Shown here piece by piece: positions 37,800 through 47,894 of a stretch of 64,000 nucleotides of DNA. The stretch lies in contig SUUO01000004.1 in assembly GCA_015062485.1 (NCBI GenBank), positions 17,981-81,980 on the forward strand. The letters run 5' to 3'. The notes beneath the pieces were generated by a model, which had not been told where the DNA came from, did no database searches, and saw only the letters and a program-made list of their open reading frames with translations. This DNA comes from Alphaproteobacteria bacterium (lineage in GTDB: Bacteria > Pseudomonadota > Alphaproteobacteria > Rs-D84). Each line of letters starts with the position of its first letter. The stretch's first letter is position 1. A program made the translations under genes and the position numbers.

Positions 37800-37953
37800 G
37801 TTCGCATTCGCTCACCACTCGTACCGATTTCGCATCGTTACACTTGCAAAATCTTACTCGTATGCGAACCCAACACCACTATTTCCTTCGGGTTCGATTT
37901 TCCGCCCACCTTTTGCCGAATTCCAAAACACAAATATGTTGCGTTTTGGAATT

Positions 37954-38027
37954 TGGCAGGGGCAGAAGGAATCGAACCCTCATCCGCGGTTTTGGAGACC
38001 GATATTCTACCGTTGAACTATGCCCCT
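37954..38027 (-). tRNA. tRNA-Trp (anticodon CCA)
   Basis: AGGGGCATAGTTCAACGGTAGAATATCGGTCTCCAAAACCGCGGATGAGGGTTCGATTCCTTCTGCCCCTGCCA. Confidence 0.95.
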
Positions 38028-38262
38028 AGAAACTGTAAAAACCGTCTTTTTGTACCGCACACACGTCCACAGTCTGCGACAGGATAGCACACAGATACAA
38101 AAAATCAAGCGGAAATATTATATTATTTTTCATTCCCCGGCGCAAGACAAAATTCCACCCCCGCATACACAAATCCAATAATATGATTTTGTATTTGCAA
38201 TTTTTTCTTGCATATGCGACGTATTTTTTTCTACAATCCACTTAATCAAGGGGGAGATTTTA

Positions 38263-38940
38263 GTGCAAAACCGCGTAGAACCGCCAATTTTAATGTCCAG
38301 ATTGATGACGTTTGTGCTTGCAACCGCGGTGGTAGTGTTGGCCGTTATGCTGATAACACTGTATAAAATGTTTCCACTGAACCGACCCCAGGTGTTCTTT
38401 TTAATGACACAGCCAAGCCATCAACTGGAAATCACATTGCGCGATATGGTGCCGGCGGACGAAAACCTAAGCCAATACAAGCGTGCATTTATCAAAGAAT
38501 ACATCAAGGCCCGAAACGAGATTTCATCAAATATTAACGTTATGCGCAAAAAATGGACCAACGATCCGGCCGCCGCTGTGCGCGCGTGGTCAACCGATGA
38601 TGTCTTTAACGATTTTGCCCAGACCAGAATGTGGACCGCGTTGATGAACGAAGTCCCCAGCTTTGAACTTAAATGTCCGGTCGAATTTGAAACGGGCGCA
38701 ATAACACCACGTGGCAATGATATGTACGCGGTAAAATTTCGCTGGTTTTGTGAAAATAGTGATGGACAGGTGGACGCAAAAGATTATACAATCGTATTAA
38801 GACTGGAATCTGGTACAGACGAAACAGTACAGTGGACAGACAGATTGAACAACCCGTTGGGAATTCGTGTGACACAATACACGGTTGAGTCTGTGGATGG
38901 TGACAAATCTAATAAAACCGACCCACTGAACAGGTTTTAA
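38263..38940 (+). CDS. VirB8-like type IV secretion inner-membrane protein
   Basis: Single N-terminal TM, FIKEYIKARNE helix, C-terminal RLNNPLGIRVTQY signature. Confidence 0.75.
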   Translation: MQNRVEPPILMSRLMTFVLATAVVVLAVMLITLYKMFPLNRPQVFFLMTQPSHQLEITLRDMVPADENLSQYKRAFIKEYIKARNEISSNINVMRKKWTNDPAAAVRAWSTDDVFNDFAQTRMWTALMNEVPSFELKCPVEFETGAITPRGNDMYAVKFRWFCENSDGQVDAKDYTIVLRLESGTDETVQWTDRLNNPLGIRVTQYTVESVDGDKSNKTDPLNRF

Positions 38941-38971
38941 GAAGTAAAAGTAAAGACGGAAGGAAGCAGAT

Positions 38972-40498
38972 ATGACGTTTGCAAAAGCAATAAAATTAAA
39001 TGTATCTCTGATATGCGTTGGAATGGCGCTGGGGTTGGTCAATATAAATTCGGCGGTGTCATACCAGGCGGCTTGGGATAATCCAAACGCAAATATGACC
39101 GCCGGCAGTATTAAACCGGGATATGCACAACTGTCCTGGTCCAAGGGCAGCACATTGCCATTAAAATTACGCAACGGAATGGTAACTATGGTATCATTGC
39201 CAAACGGCGAACAAATTTCTGATATTATTGTTGGGGACAGTGGCCTGTTCCAGGTTGATGCGCAAAAAGGTGGCGGCACCATATTTCTAACCCCAAACGA
39301 TGGAACAATGGGCGGTGACACAAATATGATTGTTGACGGACAGTCAGGCAACAAGTACATATTCTATCTGCGCGCCGAACCAACGAATTCATCTGAAATC
39401 ACGTATTCCCAGGTGGATATCGTTTTGGATGGCAATATGGCCTTGCCGAATGCGGTGGCGACACCAACGTCTGGGGCGGGGATGAAATCTATATTTAATA
39501 AACCGGCAACAACATCAAATACCGTTGGTGTTGACGGCGAAGATTATGGCTGGATTAAGTCTATGAAGATTGATCCGTCCGAATTCCGTTTTGATTTGGA
39601 CATCTTTGTTCCAAATCCAGACGACTATGTAATTGCACCAGAACGCGTGTGGCGCGACCGCATATTTACATATATCGATTTTGGTGACAAGGTTATTTCT
39701 ATGACCCAACGTCCGGTTGTATCTTTGTTGGTTGAGGGTGGTGAATCCCCGGTTGGATTCCGTACCGACGGCGAAGATGGACGCTTGTTGATTGTAGAGG
39801 CGGTTGGGGATATGGTTCTGCGCAGTGGGCAACGCATTGTTTGCATTAAAAAACGTGAAAAGCCATTCCTTATTGCGGATACTGCATCGGTTATGGCGTT
39901 GGCAGAGGCAAATGTTGCACAAAGTATGATGAGTGGGCAATCCCTGAACAATATTGCGTACAATATGGATATGGCCGCAATGAATATGAATGTCGGAAAT
40001 TACACCACCAGTCCAACATTTGTTGGCAATGGATCGGTCGCGGCGGCAACGGGTGCGGGATACTATATGCCGGCCGGATTTACCAGCACGACACAGGCCG
40101 CCGGCGCATCCACCGCAATGACTATGGTTCCGACGGTGCGCGACACGGCGGGTGCGTATTTGCCACAAACAAATATTCCACTGATTACCAGCAACCAATC
40201 TGGTGTTGCGGTTGAATTAAAATCCGACCCATCGGTCAAGGCATTGAATGATTATTGGACGGGATTGCTGGCTAAATTTAGTGGCGACGATGGCGCGGGC
40301 CTGTTGACCCCGTACAAGGACAAGGTTTTCTTTGCCGTTGATGAACAAGGCGTCGGAGAATTGGGTGCGGAATCAACATCGGCACGCCTGTACCGCCTGC
40401 GCATTGGGCCGTTGGCCGATATTGATACGGCGCAAAAACTGTGTGACCAATTGTTGAAATTCAGTGGCGCAAGTTGTAACGTTGTTCGTATTCAGTAA
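38972..40498 (+). CDS. VirB9/TrbG-like protein with C-terminal SPOR domain
   Basis: T.VSLPNGEQI..I.VGD, TNMIV, IAPERVWRD..FTYIDF; terminal LYRLRIGPL..A..LC..L. Confidence 0.78.
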   Translation: MTFAKAIKLNVSLICVGMALGLVNINSAVSYQAAWDNPNANMTAGSIKPGYAQLSWSKGSTLPLKLRNGMVTMVSLPNGEQISDIIVGDSGLFQVDAQKGGGTIFLTPNDGTMGGDTNMIVDGQSGNKYIFYLRAEPTNSSEITYSQVDIVLDGNMALPNAVATPTSGAGMKSIFNKPATTSNTVGVDGEDYGWIKSMKIDPSEFRFDLDIFVPNPDDYVIAPERVWRDRIFTYIDFGDKVISMTQRPVVSLLVEGGESPVGFRTDGEDGRLLIVEAVGDMVLRSGQRIVCIKKREKPFLIADTASVMALAEANVAQSMMSGQSLNNIAYNMDMAAMNMNVGNYTTSPTFVGNGSVAAATGAGYYMPAGFTSTTQAAGASTAMTMVPTVRDTAGAYLPQTNIPLITSNQSGVAVELKSDPSVKALNDYWTGLLAKFSGDDGAGLLTPYKDKVFFAVDEQGVGELGAESTSARLYRLRIGPLADIDTAQKLCDQLLKFSGASCNVVRIQ

Positions 40499-40527
40499 GT
40501 GTCTCTTAACCGGGTGTGGGATAATAA

Positions 40528-42906
40528 ATGAATAAGTTAAAAAAGACCTTTGTAGATTGGCGGAACAATACACCAAAGCGTGTTCAGTGGTTATTACTGG
40601 CGGTGGCGTTTGTGGTTGTTCTTATACTTATGACATTATTATTGACCGGCAATAAACCCAATAAAAAAATCGAAGCGGTTGATTCAACACCAATCAACCT
40701 GGTGATAACGCCGGACGCGCTGGATTGGGCGGATGTTACTGTGGGCCAATCAAAGACACAGATTATAAAAGTCTCTGCAACTGGGCCGGCAAAAGTCTTG
40801 GACGTTCGTCGCGAACAGAATATTAACGGGTTGTCGGTTAATACAAACTGTATGAATGCGGGCGACATAAATGCCGGATTCGCGTGCACAATTACAATAG
40901 ACTATACGCCGACGACCGCGATGACGGCGCGTGGGGTTCCAATCTTTATCGACTGGCGTGGGGTTAATGAACCAGATGAAATGAAAAAATCGTACAAATA
41001 TACGATGGTGTTGGGTGCCACGGCCCCCGTGGTCGATACCCCCGCCCCGGTCGTTATTGAAAAAGTCGTAGAAAAGGTTATTGAAAAACCGGTTGAAAAA
41101 ATTGTTACCCCAGAACCAGAAGACGATATCGAAGAAGAAATTATTGAGGAAGAACCTGAAATTGAATTAATCGCACCGGCCAAACCATTTGGTACGGTCA
41201 CGGAACGCGCCAAAAGCGAATATGTGGCACCACCGGAATCTTGTTCAGATTTTGCATTCCCAGGATATGGGAATTCAGGGCAACAGATTGGATGGATTAA
41301 GCCAAAGGCGGGCGCATACTATTTCCATCCTTTTTCCGATACAGAATGTGAAAGTCCAACCGGTATTTATAATCCGGATAATGGGATAATAACGGATATA
41401 AAAAATAAGTCTAAAAAAATTGGCACAGACGCAGACCATATTGGATACGCCGTTATAACAAATGGAGTATTGCCAGAACTGTCAAATCCAGTTTCAAGCG
41501 CACAACGCGAATCTATGATTGATACAGAAAATCGCACAACCAGTGGTATGGGACGTTTGGGCACAGGTGGCCTTGAAGAAATGGGTGGCCTGCGGGATGC
41601 ACCGGTGCCAGATGTTGAATACAAATCGTCTGGTCTGGCGGTTGTGTCCAGCAAAATTCACGACCGACAATTCTTGTTGCGTCAATATAAGCCGATTCCA
41701 GCCACAATCGTATCAGATGTTCGCGCGGATGCAGAGGCCCTGGCCAATGGGATTCCAGTGCGCGCAACCGTTGACCGCAATGTTTATTCAGACAGTGGTC
41801 GTAACGTCATTATTCCAACGGGCACAATGATGCTGGGGTATGTAACTGGAACGTTACCGGGGCCATATACATCAGTTGGCCGGATGAATATTAAATGGTA
41901 TCAATTTATCCTGCCGAATGGCGTTGAATTTAATTTTGATGGCGGCGCTAATGATCCGTTCTCGGCGGATTCCCAGGGCAAGGTTGGCGTACCCGGATAC
42001 GGCAGTACGGACTATATAGAACAATTCTTTATGCCAATGCTGACCGCAATTGTGCCGGCGGCGGTGAATTTGATTGCACCGGTGACGGATGCATTTGTAA
42101 ACCAGATTGATTTGGATAATAACACCGTTGTGCAAAGTGGTACGGTGCGTTCATCAGAATTGGCAAAAAACGAGATTATTACCGCCTGGAACCAGGTGGC
42201 ACAAAAATTGCTGGTTGATATGATGGATAATACCGTTCCGCCATTTACAATTGCCGCGGGGACGCGTATCACAGTCTATTCGCCGGTTGATTTGATGGTG
42301 ACCTGTGGTGCACCGGGTTCATCTGATAAAAAATGTGCCGTGGCCGCATATGGCGAAGAAAAACGTGCACGTTGGGCACATAATGCAAAACCAAATTATG
42401 ATGATGGCTCTTGGACCGGCCAGGTACGTTCTTTTGCCGTGGCGGAATATTGCACCACCGACAAGAACGGGAACAAAACAGTCGACCCAAAGTGTAAGGA
42501 TACAACAAAATGTGGTGGTTATGACTATGCGACACTGTTGTTCTATTGCCAGTCACAAAATTATCAGGCAATAAATATGGCAAAACAGGAACAAGTATTC
42601 CAGAACCAACAAGATGCCAACAATAAAAACAGTATTGCATACATATCTAATCAGGGTCAGCAGGCATATAATGAACAGGTTCTGGGACTGACATATGACG
42701 AAGAAACGGGCGCAATCGAAAACCCGTTTGAAAGCAAAGATGATGAAGTTATTATCGAAGCGGCAGAAACCGTTCTGACCTGCGAAGATGGTAGCCTGCC
42801 GGATGCAAATGGCTGCTGTGCGGGGGAAATTTACACCGATATGGGCGATCAGGGATTTAATTGCTGTCCGTCGACGGGCGGTGATTGTTTCCCGCCGATA
42901 CTGTGA
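40528..42906 (+). CDS. VirB10/TrbI-like protein with Ig-like and Cys-rich extra domains
   Basis: TM, Pro/Glu linker, IPATIVS, VRATVDRNVYSDSGRNVIIPTGT.MLG, DSQGKVGVPG, PPFTIAAGTRITV. Confidence 0.8.
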   Translation: MNKLKKTFVDWRNNTPKRVQWLLLAVAFVVVLILMTLLLTGNKPNKKIEAVDSTPINLVITPDALDWADVTVGQSKTQIIKVSATGPAKVLDVRREQNINGLSVNTNCMNAGDINAGFACTITIDYTPTTAMTARGVPIFIDWRGVNEPDEMKKSYKYTMVLGATAPVVDTPAPVVIEKVVEKVIEKPVEKIVTPEPEDDIEEEIIEEEPEIELIAPAKPFGTVTERAKSEYVAPPESCSDFAFPGYGNSGQQIGWIKPKAGAYYFHPFSDTECESPTGIYNPDNGIITDIKNKSKKIGTDADHIGYAVITNGVLPELSNPVSSAQRESMIDTENRTTSGMGRLGTGGLEEMGGLRDAPVPDVEYKSSGLAVVSSKIHDRQFLLRQYKPIPATIVSDVRADAEALANGIPVRATVDRNVYSDSGRNVIIPTGTMMLGYVTGTLPGPYTSVGRMNIKWYQFILPNGVEFNFDGGANDPFSADSQGKVGVPGYGSTDYIEQFFMPMLTAIVPAAVNLIAPVTDAFVNQIDLDNNTVVQSGTVRSSELAKNEIITAWNQVAQKLLVDMMDNTVPPFTIAAGTRITVYSPVDLMVTCGAPGSSDKKCAVAAYGEEKRARWAHNAKPNYDDGSWTGQVRSFAVAEYCTTDKNGNKTVDPKCKDTTKCGGYDYATLLFYCQSQNYQAINMAKQEQVFQNQQDANNKNSIAYISNQGQQAYNEQVLGLTYDEETGAIENPFESKDDEVIIEAAETVLTCEDGSLPDANGCCAGEIYTDMGDQGFNCCPSTGGDCFPPIL

Positions 42907-43081
42907 CGAAAAAAAATTATCACGGTCCACCATATGGTGGACTTTATTTTTTAACCAAAGGTACTTATAATAAGATAAGCGGAATATCAAGATGACGGTT
43001 TTTATATGCGTGTTTGTGCGTCCATTTTTTGGACGCCTATTTTTTTGTAACAAAAAGGTGCCATATGACGATGAATATGGC

Positions 43082-43134
43082 TGAATTTTCGATTCGTGGC
43101 AATTTTATTAAATTTGCCATTCGAATCGAAATTC
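43082..43134. repeat. Long imperfect inverted repeat
   Basis: GAATTTTCGATTCG-TGGCAA...TTGCCA-TTCGAATCGAAATTC in the intergenic region. Confidence 0.65.
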
Positions 43135-43233
43135 CGATTCACCAATCAACCGCCGGTTGTAGTATTTATCACAATCGGTTTTTTAGGATATAAATCTTAA
43201 TAGGTCGCAAAACAAACCAAAGGAGATGTAGTT

Positions 43234-43575
43234 ATGGAACAAAAGCAAGCGATTTATAACACTGAAAAATTTCAAAATTCAGAGCAATTATGGTTCTGGT
43301 TTTTATATTCTAAATCTGTACGCAATGGATTTGTACATAATGGGATGCGCGGGACGCGACGCGCGTGTGAACTGGTTGATGTAGAAACGCTGATTACTAA
43401 ATTATATTTATCAGGAAAACTGACCGATGAACAATTACAAGTTATGAAAGAATTTGGCGATAAACGTCGTGCGCCACATCAATATATCTGGCGGGAAAAT
43501 CGCGCCGCGGATCAATGGCGGCGCGCAATGGACGCGATACAAATCGCGGCAACCGAACGCGGATGGATTGAATAA
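43234..43575 (+). CDS. Hypothetical protein
   Basis: SD AAGGAG; F.N.E.LWFWF and R.CE..D motifs. Confidence 0.75.
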   Translation: MEQKQAIYNTEKFQNSEQLWFWFLYSKSVRNGFVHNGMRGTRRACELVDVETLITKLYLSGKLTDEQLQVMKEFGDKRRAPHQYIWRENRAADQWRRAMDAIQIAATERGWIE

Positions 43576-43597
43576 TTAAAGGTAAGGAAAAAATATT

Positions 43598-43939
43598 ATG
43601 ATTATTATTGCCTTCTCGAATAAAACATCTAAAATTATTCCGAATATATTATGCAGACACCTAAAACACGTGGCACCAATTGTGCCGCGTGATGATAAGT
43701 TAATTTTGTTCCAATTTGTAAAACGCGGACACGTCGAAAAAATAGTTTTACAGATGCGTGATATAAAAATATTACGGACACACGGATGGAAATTTATTTA
43801 TATCGATGGTGCAGTGGTGCCCGCTGATTTTAACCCTTATATGGCATATAGTTGCGTTGATTTAACCAAGCGCGTCATTAGAATCCGAGATTGGCGAATA
43901 CAGACGCCGTGGGCACTGTATAAGATTTTGCGCAAATAA
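43598..43939 (+). CDS. Hypothetical protein, possible permuted papain-like (NlpC/P60) fold
   Basis: His (KHVA) before YSCVDL and TPWALY. Confidence 0.6.
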   Translation: MIIIAFSNKTSKIIPNILCRHLKHVAPIVPRDDKLILFQFVKRGHVEKIVLQMRDIKILRTHGWKFIYIDGAVVPADFNPYMAYSCVDLTKRVIRIRDWRIQTPWALYKILRK

Positions 43940-43941
43940 AC

Positions 43942-43964
43942 AATCCCGCCATTTGGCGGGATTA
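43942..43964. terminator. Terminator between convergent genes
   Basis: AATCCCGCCA-tt-TGGCGGGATT. Confidence 0.7.
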
Positions 43965-43966
43965 TG

Positions 43967-45526
43967 TTATTTCTGGCGTTTTATTATGTACATCTGAACT
44001 ATACCAAAGATATTTGATACCGTCCAATACAGTACCAATCCCGCCGGCATCCACGCAAACATTATCGTAAACAATATCGGCATCCAGCGCATCATTCGTT
44101 GGGTCTGGGCGGCAATATCATTTTTATCCGCAGACTTTGCCTTTTGTGCGCTTTGTAGATATTGTTGTAACCACATTGTCGCACCCATCAATATTGGCAG
44201 AATAAAGTATGGATCCATTGTTGCCAAATCTTTTATCCAAAGGAAATGTGCACTGCGCATTTGAACAGATACCAATAACGCCTTGTACAGGGCAAAGAAA
44301 ATTGGAATCTGAATCAACATCGGCAGGCACCCAGACATCGGCGACATCTTGTGCGTCTGATAGACTTTCATCATTTCCATTTGCAGGCGCATTTTATCGT
44401 TGGCGTATAATTTCTGAATCCGCTGTAATTCAGGCTGCATTTTCTGCATCGCAATCATTGATGCATAGGACTTGCGCGTAAGTTTCCACATCAGCATACG
44501 CAAAATCAATGTCATCAAGATAATCGCAACACCATAATTCATTACCAACGCATTTAATGTATTGATAAACCATAACATCGGACGCGCCAAGAAACCAAAC
44601 CAACCATAATCAACCGTATCGTCTATGCCCGCAATGTATTTGGTGGCGATGTCAAGTGCGCCCTGCTCTAATGGGCCAGCATACATATTATATACAATAT
44701 CCGCCGTTCCACCCGGTGCAATAGAAACCGCGCCCGCCAAAACATTCGCATCATAATCCGCGCCAGACTTTTTCAATGTCATCGTTTGGTCCAGATTATT
44801 CAACGCAACAATCGTTTCCCAGTATTGATCCGCAAACCCTATGAAACCATTCGTTGTCGTGTATGCATATGAACGTTTGTCCATTTTACGCCAATCAATG
44901 CGTTCTAAATCATCGTTTTCATATACAATCGCGCCCGTTGATACCCCCGCAGAATTTGACACATCGTTTGCACGCACAATGCGACCATATGGCGCAACAG
45001 ATATGTCGCGCTTTGTGTTATTTTGCACCGTGTCTGTGACAACTATCATATAATTATCAATCGTAATTTTACGCGAGAACGCAACACCATCAGAATTGCG
45101 CCACGTAAATACACCATCTTTATTATTCCACACCGTTGTTGCCGTTGGTGCCGTCGTGCCATTGGCAAGCAAACCAAATTCAGCATACGCGCCATCCGTT
45201 CCCAATAATGTCACGGGCGTAGAATCCGATGCCGAAACAGTAAAATCTTTTAATGCGATATTCGATATGCGCAGTCCACGAACCTGGGCAGAAACGTCAT
45301 CATTTTCAATCGTCGTGGCTGGGACACTTGATAAATCAACAACAGGCGCATTTTCAACCGGGACGTCCGTCGTCTTGGGCGCCATCCAAGTCCCCAGCAA
45401 CCACCAAATCCCAATAAATATTAAAAACCACCACATAAAGCCACCAAACGTAGACTTTTTCGCGGTGGCATTTTTATTCGCATTCCACTGGGCAAAGCCA
45501 GAATTTCTATCCATATACTGAACCAT
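43967..45526 (-). CDS. yidC: Membrane protein insertase YidC
   Basis: VDYGWFGFL, NYGVAII, GCLPMLIQIPIFFALY, WIKDL..DP, PAGLVLYW. Confidence 0.95.
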   Translation of the reverse strand: MVQYMDRNSGFAQWNANKNATAKKSTFGGFMWWFLIFIGIWWLLGTWMAPKTTDVPVENAPVVDLSSVPATTIENDDVSAQVRGLRISNIALKDFTVSASDSTPVTLLGTDGAYAEFGLLANGTTAPTATTVWNNKDGVFTWRNSDGVAFSRKITIDNYMIVVTDTVQNNTKRDISVAPYGRIVRANDVSNSAGVSTGAIVYENDDLERIDWRKMDKRSYAYTTTNGFIGFADQYWETIVALNNLDQTMTLKKSGADYDANVLAGAVSIAPGGTADIVYNMYAGPLEQGALDIATKYIAGIDDTVDYGWFGFLARPMLWFINTLNALVMNYGVAIILMTLILRMLMWKLTRKSYASMIAMQKMQPELQRIQKLYANDKMRLQMEMMKVYQTHKMSPMSGCLPMLIQIPIFFALYKALLVSVQMRSAHFLWIKDLATMDPYFILPILMGATMWLQQYLQSAQKAKSADKNDIAAQTQRMMRWMPILFTIMFAWMPAGLVLYWTVSNIFGIVQMYIIKRQK

Positions 45527-45528
45527 AA

Positions 45529-46068
45529 TTATTTACATCCTTTGTTACAATTTTCCAAACATTTGCGACGTGCAATATACCAATTTAAAATGTACAGTCC
45601 AACGCCAACCACAATACAAATATCCGCAATATTAAATGCCGGCCAATGATATCCGCCAATATGAAAGTCCAAGAAATCAACCACCGCACCAAAGCGAACC
45701 CGATCAATCAAATTACCAATCGCACCACCCGCAATCAATGCCAATGGTACAATTTCATACCTTTTTGCGCGGGCAAATAAATAATACAAAATCACACCGA
45801 TAATAAATCCGGTCATTATTATTAACGCAATTGGCGCATATTCACCCAGGCCATTAAACAGCGAAAACGCGGTACCAAAATTCCATGTAAATACTATGTT
45901 AAAAAATCCAGTGACCGGCGTCATTAAATATGGATGTGGCACCAAATCCCACGCCGCCCCCATTAACGGCACACCGCCCGTAATCAGATACAGCAACACC
46001 CCCTTGGACAATATATCCAAGACCAACACAGCCAGTATTATTGATATAATTGATATTATCTTTTTCAT
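45529..46068 (-). CDS. lspA: Lipoprotein signal peptidase II
   Basis: WNFGTAFS, GGAIGNLIDR, VVDFLD, WPAFNIAD. Confidence 0.95.
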   Translation of the reverse strand: MKKIISIISIILAVLVLDILSKGVLLYLITGGVPLMGAAWDLVPHPYLMTPVTGFFNIVFTWNFGTAFSLFNGLGEYAPIALIIMTGFIIGVILYYLFARAKRYEIVPLALIAGGAIGNLIDRVRFGAVVDFLDFHIGGYHWPAFNIADICIVVGVGLYILNWYIARRKCLENCNKGCK

Positions 46069-46159
46069 GTAACTTTCCCGTTTTCATAGAATATAGCAAT
46101 CGCACCATACAAATGCAAATAAAATGTCCCCAAATGGGGACTTTTTAGTAAGATTATTA

Positions 46160-47866
46160 TCACTGTTTATCAGATATTTGCGATGATAATTCCATATAAT
46201 TATCCGCACGCATTTCGGACAGCATTTTCTTGATTTCTGAATCAGATGTGCCAAGGTGATTTAAAACCCGATGCCCCAGAAAGAAAGAGGATTCAATCGT
46301 TTCAGGCGTTGCAGAAAAGACACCGTCTTTTAGCAGCACCTTGGAATCGGCCAGATTGCGCGCACGTGCAAATATTTTCATACGTGGTGCAATCGCCCGT
46401 ATGGCACGCACGGCGGAACGCGCCGTTCCCGCATTATCCAGCGCAACAACAACCGCACGAATTTTACGCGGATGCAATCCAAATTCCCGCAACACGCGTT
46501 CATTCGTTGTGTCGCCATAGACAACATTTTGACCACGTGCACGCGCAATCATAATCGTGCTTACATCCATATCAATCGCCAGATATGTTATATTTTGCGC
46601 ATCCAGCATTTGCGCAACAATTTGTCCCACACGACCAAAACCACAAATTATAACGTCTGGTTTAATTGAATCGTCGGCATCACTTAGTGTACGGGATGTA
46701 CGCGCAATCATCAACCTGCCCGTTCGGCGCAGATAATCATATATCGCCAACAACACTGGCGTCATCATAATAGACAAAACAATTATCGCAGATAAAATTT
46801 CTTGGTGCGCGGCGGGAATTGCCTGAATCCCAGATGTCTTTAACGTCTGTAACATAAGCAGACCAAATTCGCCACCATTGGCCAGCAACAGTGCAATCAT
46901 TGTCGCATCTGGGATATCAACATTGCGAACACGTGCAACCATAAAGATTGCAACAAACTTTACCACCATCAACCCGACCAAACCGCCCAGGACGATATAC
47001 CAATTTTCCCCCAGCATCGGCAAATTAAAGCCCATCCCCAGAACAATAAAGAACAGCGCCAAGAATAATGTAGCATACGGTCCAATCTGGGCATCTATCT
47101 GGTGACGGTATACGGTTTCAGACATCAGCATACCCGCCAAAAATGCCCCCAATCCCGCCGGCAGGCCCATCAAGTCCAACAGCACCGCCCAAATTACAAT
47201 GTTTAACATTACCGCAAGAAGAAAGGCTTCGTTCGATTTTAATTTCGAAACCAATTTTAATAGCGGATTTAAGATAAAGCGCCCAATAACAACCACACTT
47301 AGCACAAGGGCCACCGAGATAACAATAACGTCAATCGCACTGGCCCCCAGGTCAAAACTTTTGCCCGCAAAAACCGGTAACATTGCAAGCAGGGGAATCG
47401 ATAATAAATCTTGGAACAACAAAATTGAAAATGTTTGGCGCCCCATATTTGTATTTAATTGGTTTCGGGATGTTAATAAATCCATTGCGGATGACGTACT
47501 GGACATTGCAAGCATCAACGACACCATCACGCATCCCATAATGGACCATACCGTCACACCAAACAGCAATGGAAACAGCATTACCACAACCATCATAACC
47601 TGGGCCGCGCCAAAGCCAAAGATGGTATGACGCAAATTCCATAAACGGCGAATATTTATTTCCAGGCCGATTGTAAACCATAAAAACATAATCCCGATAT
47701 CACCCAGGAATTGCCACGTTTCATTTATCTCGAACAAATTAAAAACATATGGACCGGACAATATGCCCGCAAACAGGAACGCAACCAACGCACCAATCTT
47801 GGCCATTCGCAACGCATAGACCAATACGAATAAGACACCTAGAAATATTAAAACCGAAATTGGCAT
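46160..47866 (-). CDS. Kef-type K+ efflux antiporter (CPA2 + TrkA-N)
   Basis: FTIGLE, MSSTS, ILLFQDL, LGAFLAG, GGEFG, IICGFGRVG. Confidence 0.88.
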   Translation of the reverse strand: MPISVLIFLGVLFVLVYALRMAKIGALVAFLFAGILSGPYVFNLFEINETWQFLGDIGIMFLWFTIGLEINIRRLWNLRHTIFGFGAAQVMMVVVMLFPLLFGVTVWSIMGCVMVSLMLAMSSTSSAMDLLTSRNQLNTNMGRQTFSILLFQDLLSIPLLAMLPVFAGKSFDLGASAIDVIVISVALVLSVVVIGRFILNPLLKLVSKLKSNEAFLLAVMLNIVIWAVLLDLMGLPAGLGAFLAGMLMSETVYRHQIDAQIGPYATLFLALFFIVLGMGFNLPMLGENWYIVLGGLVGLMVVKFVAIFMVARVRNVDIPDATMIALLLANGGEFGLLMLQTLKTSGIQAIPAAHQEILSAIIVLSIMMTPVLLAIYDYLRRTGRLMIARTSRTLSDADDSIKPDVIICGFGRVGQIVAQMLDAQNITYLAIDMDVSTIMIARARGQNVVYGDTTNERVLREFGLHPRKIRAVVVALDNAGTARSAVRAIRAIAPRMKIFARARNLADSKVLLKDGVFSATPETIESSFFLGHRVLNHLGTSDSEIKKMLSEMRADNYMELSSQISDKQ

Positions 47867-47894
47867 TGTTATTTGTCCCCCCACTACAAAAATA

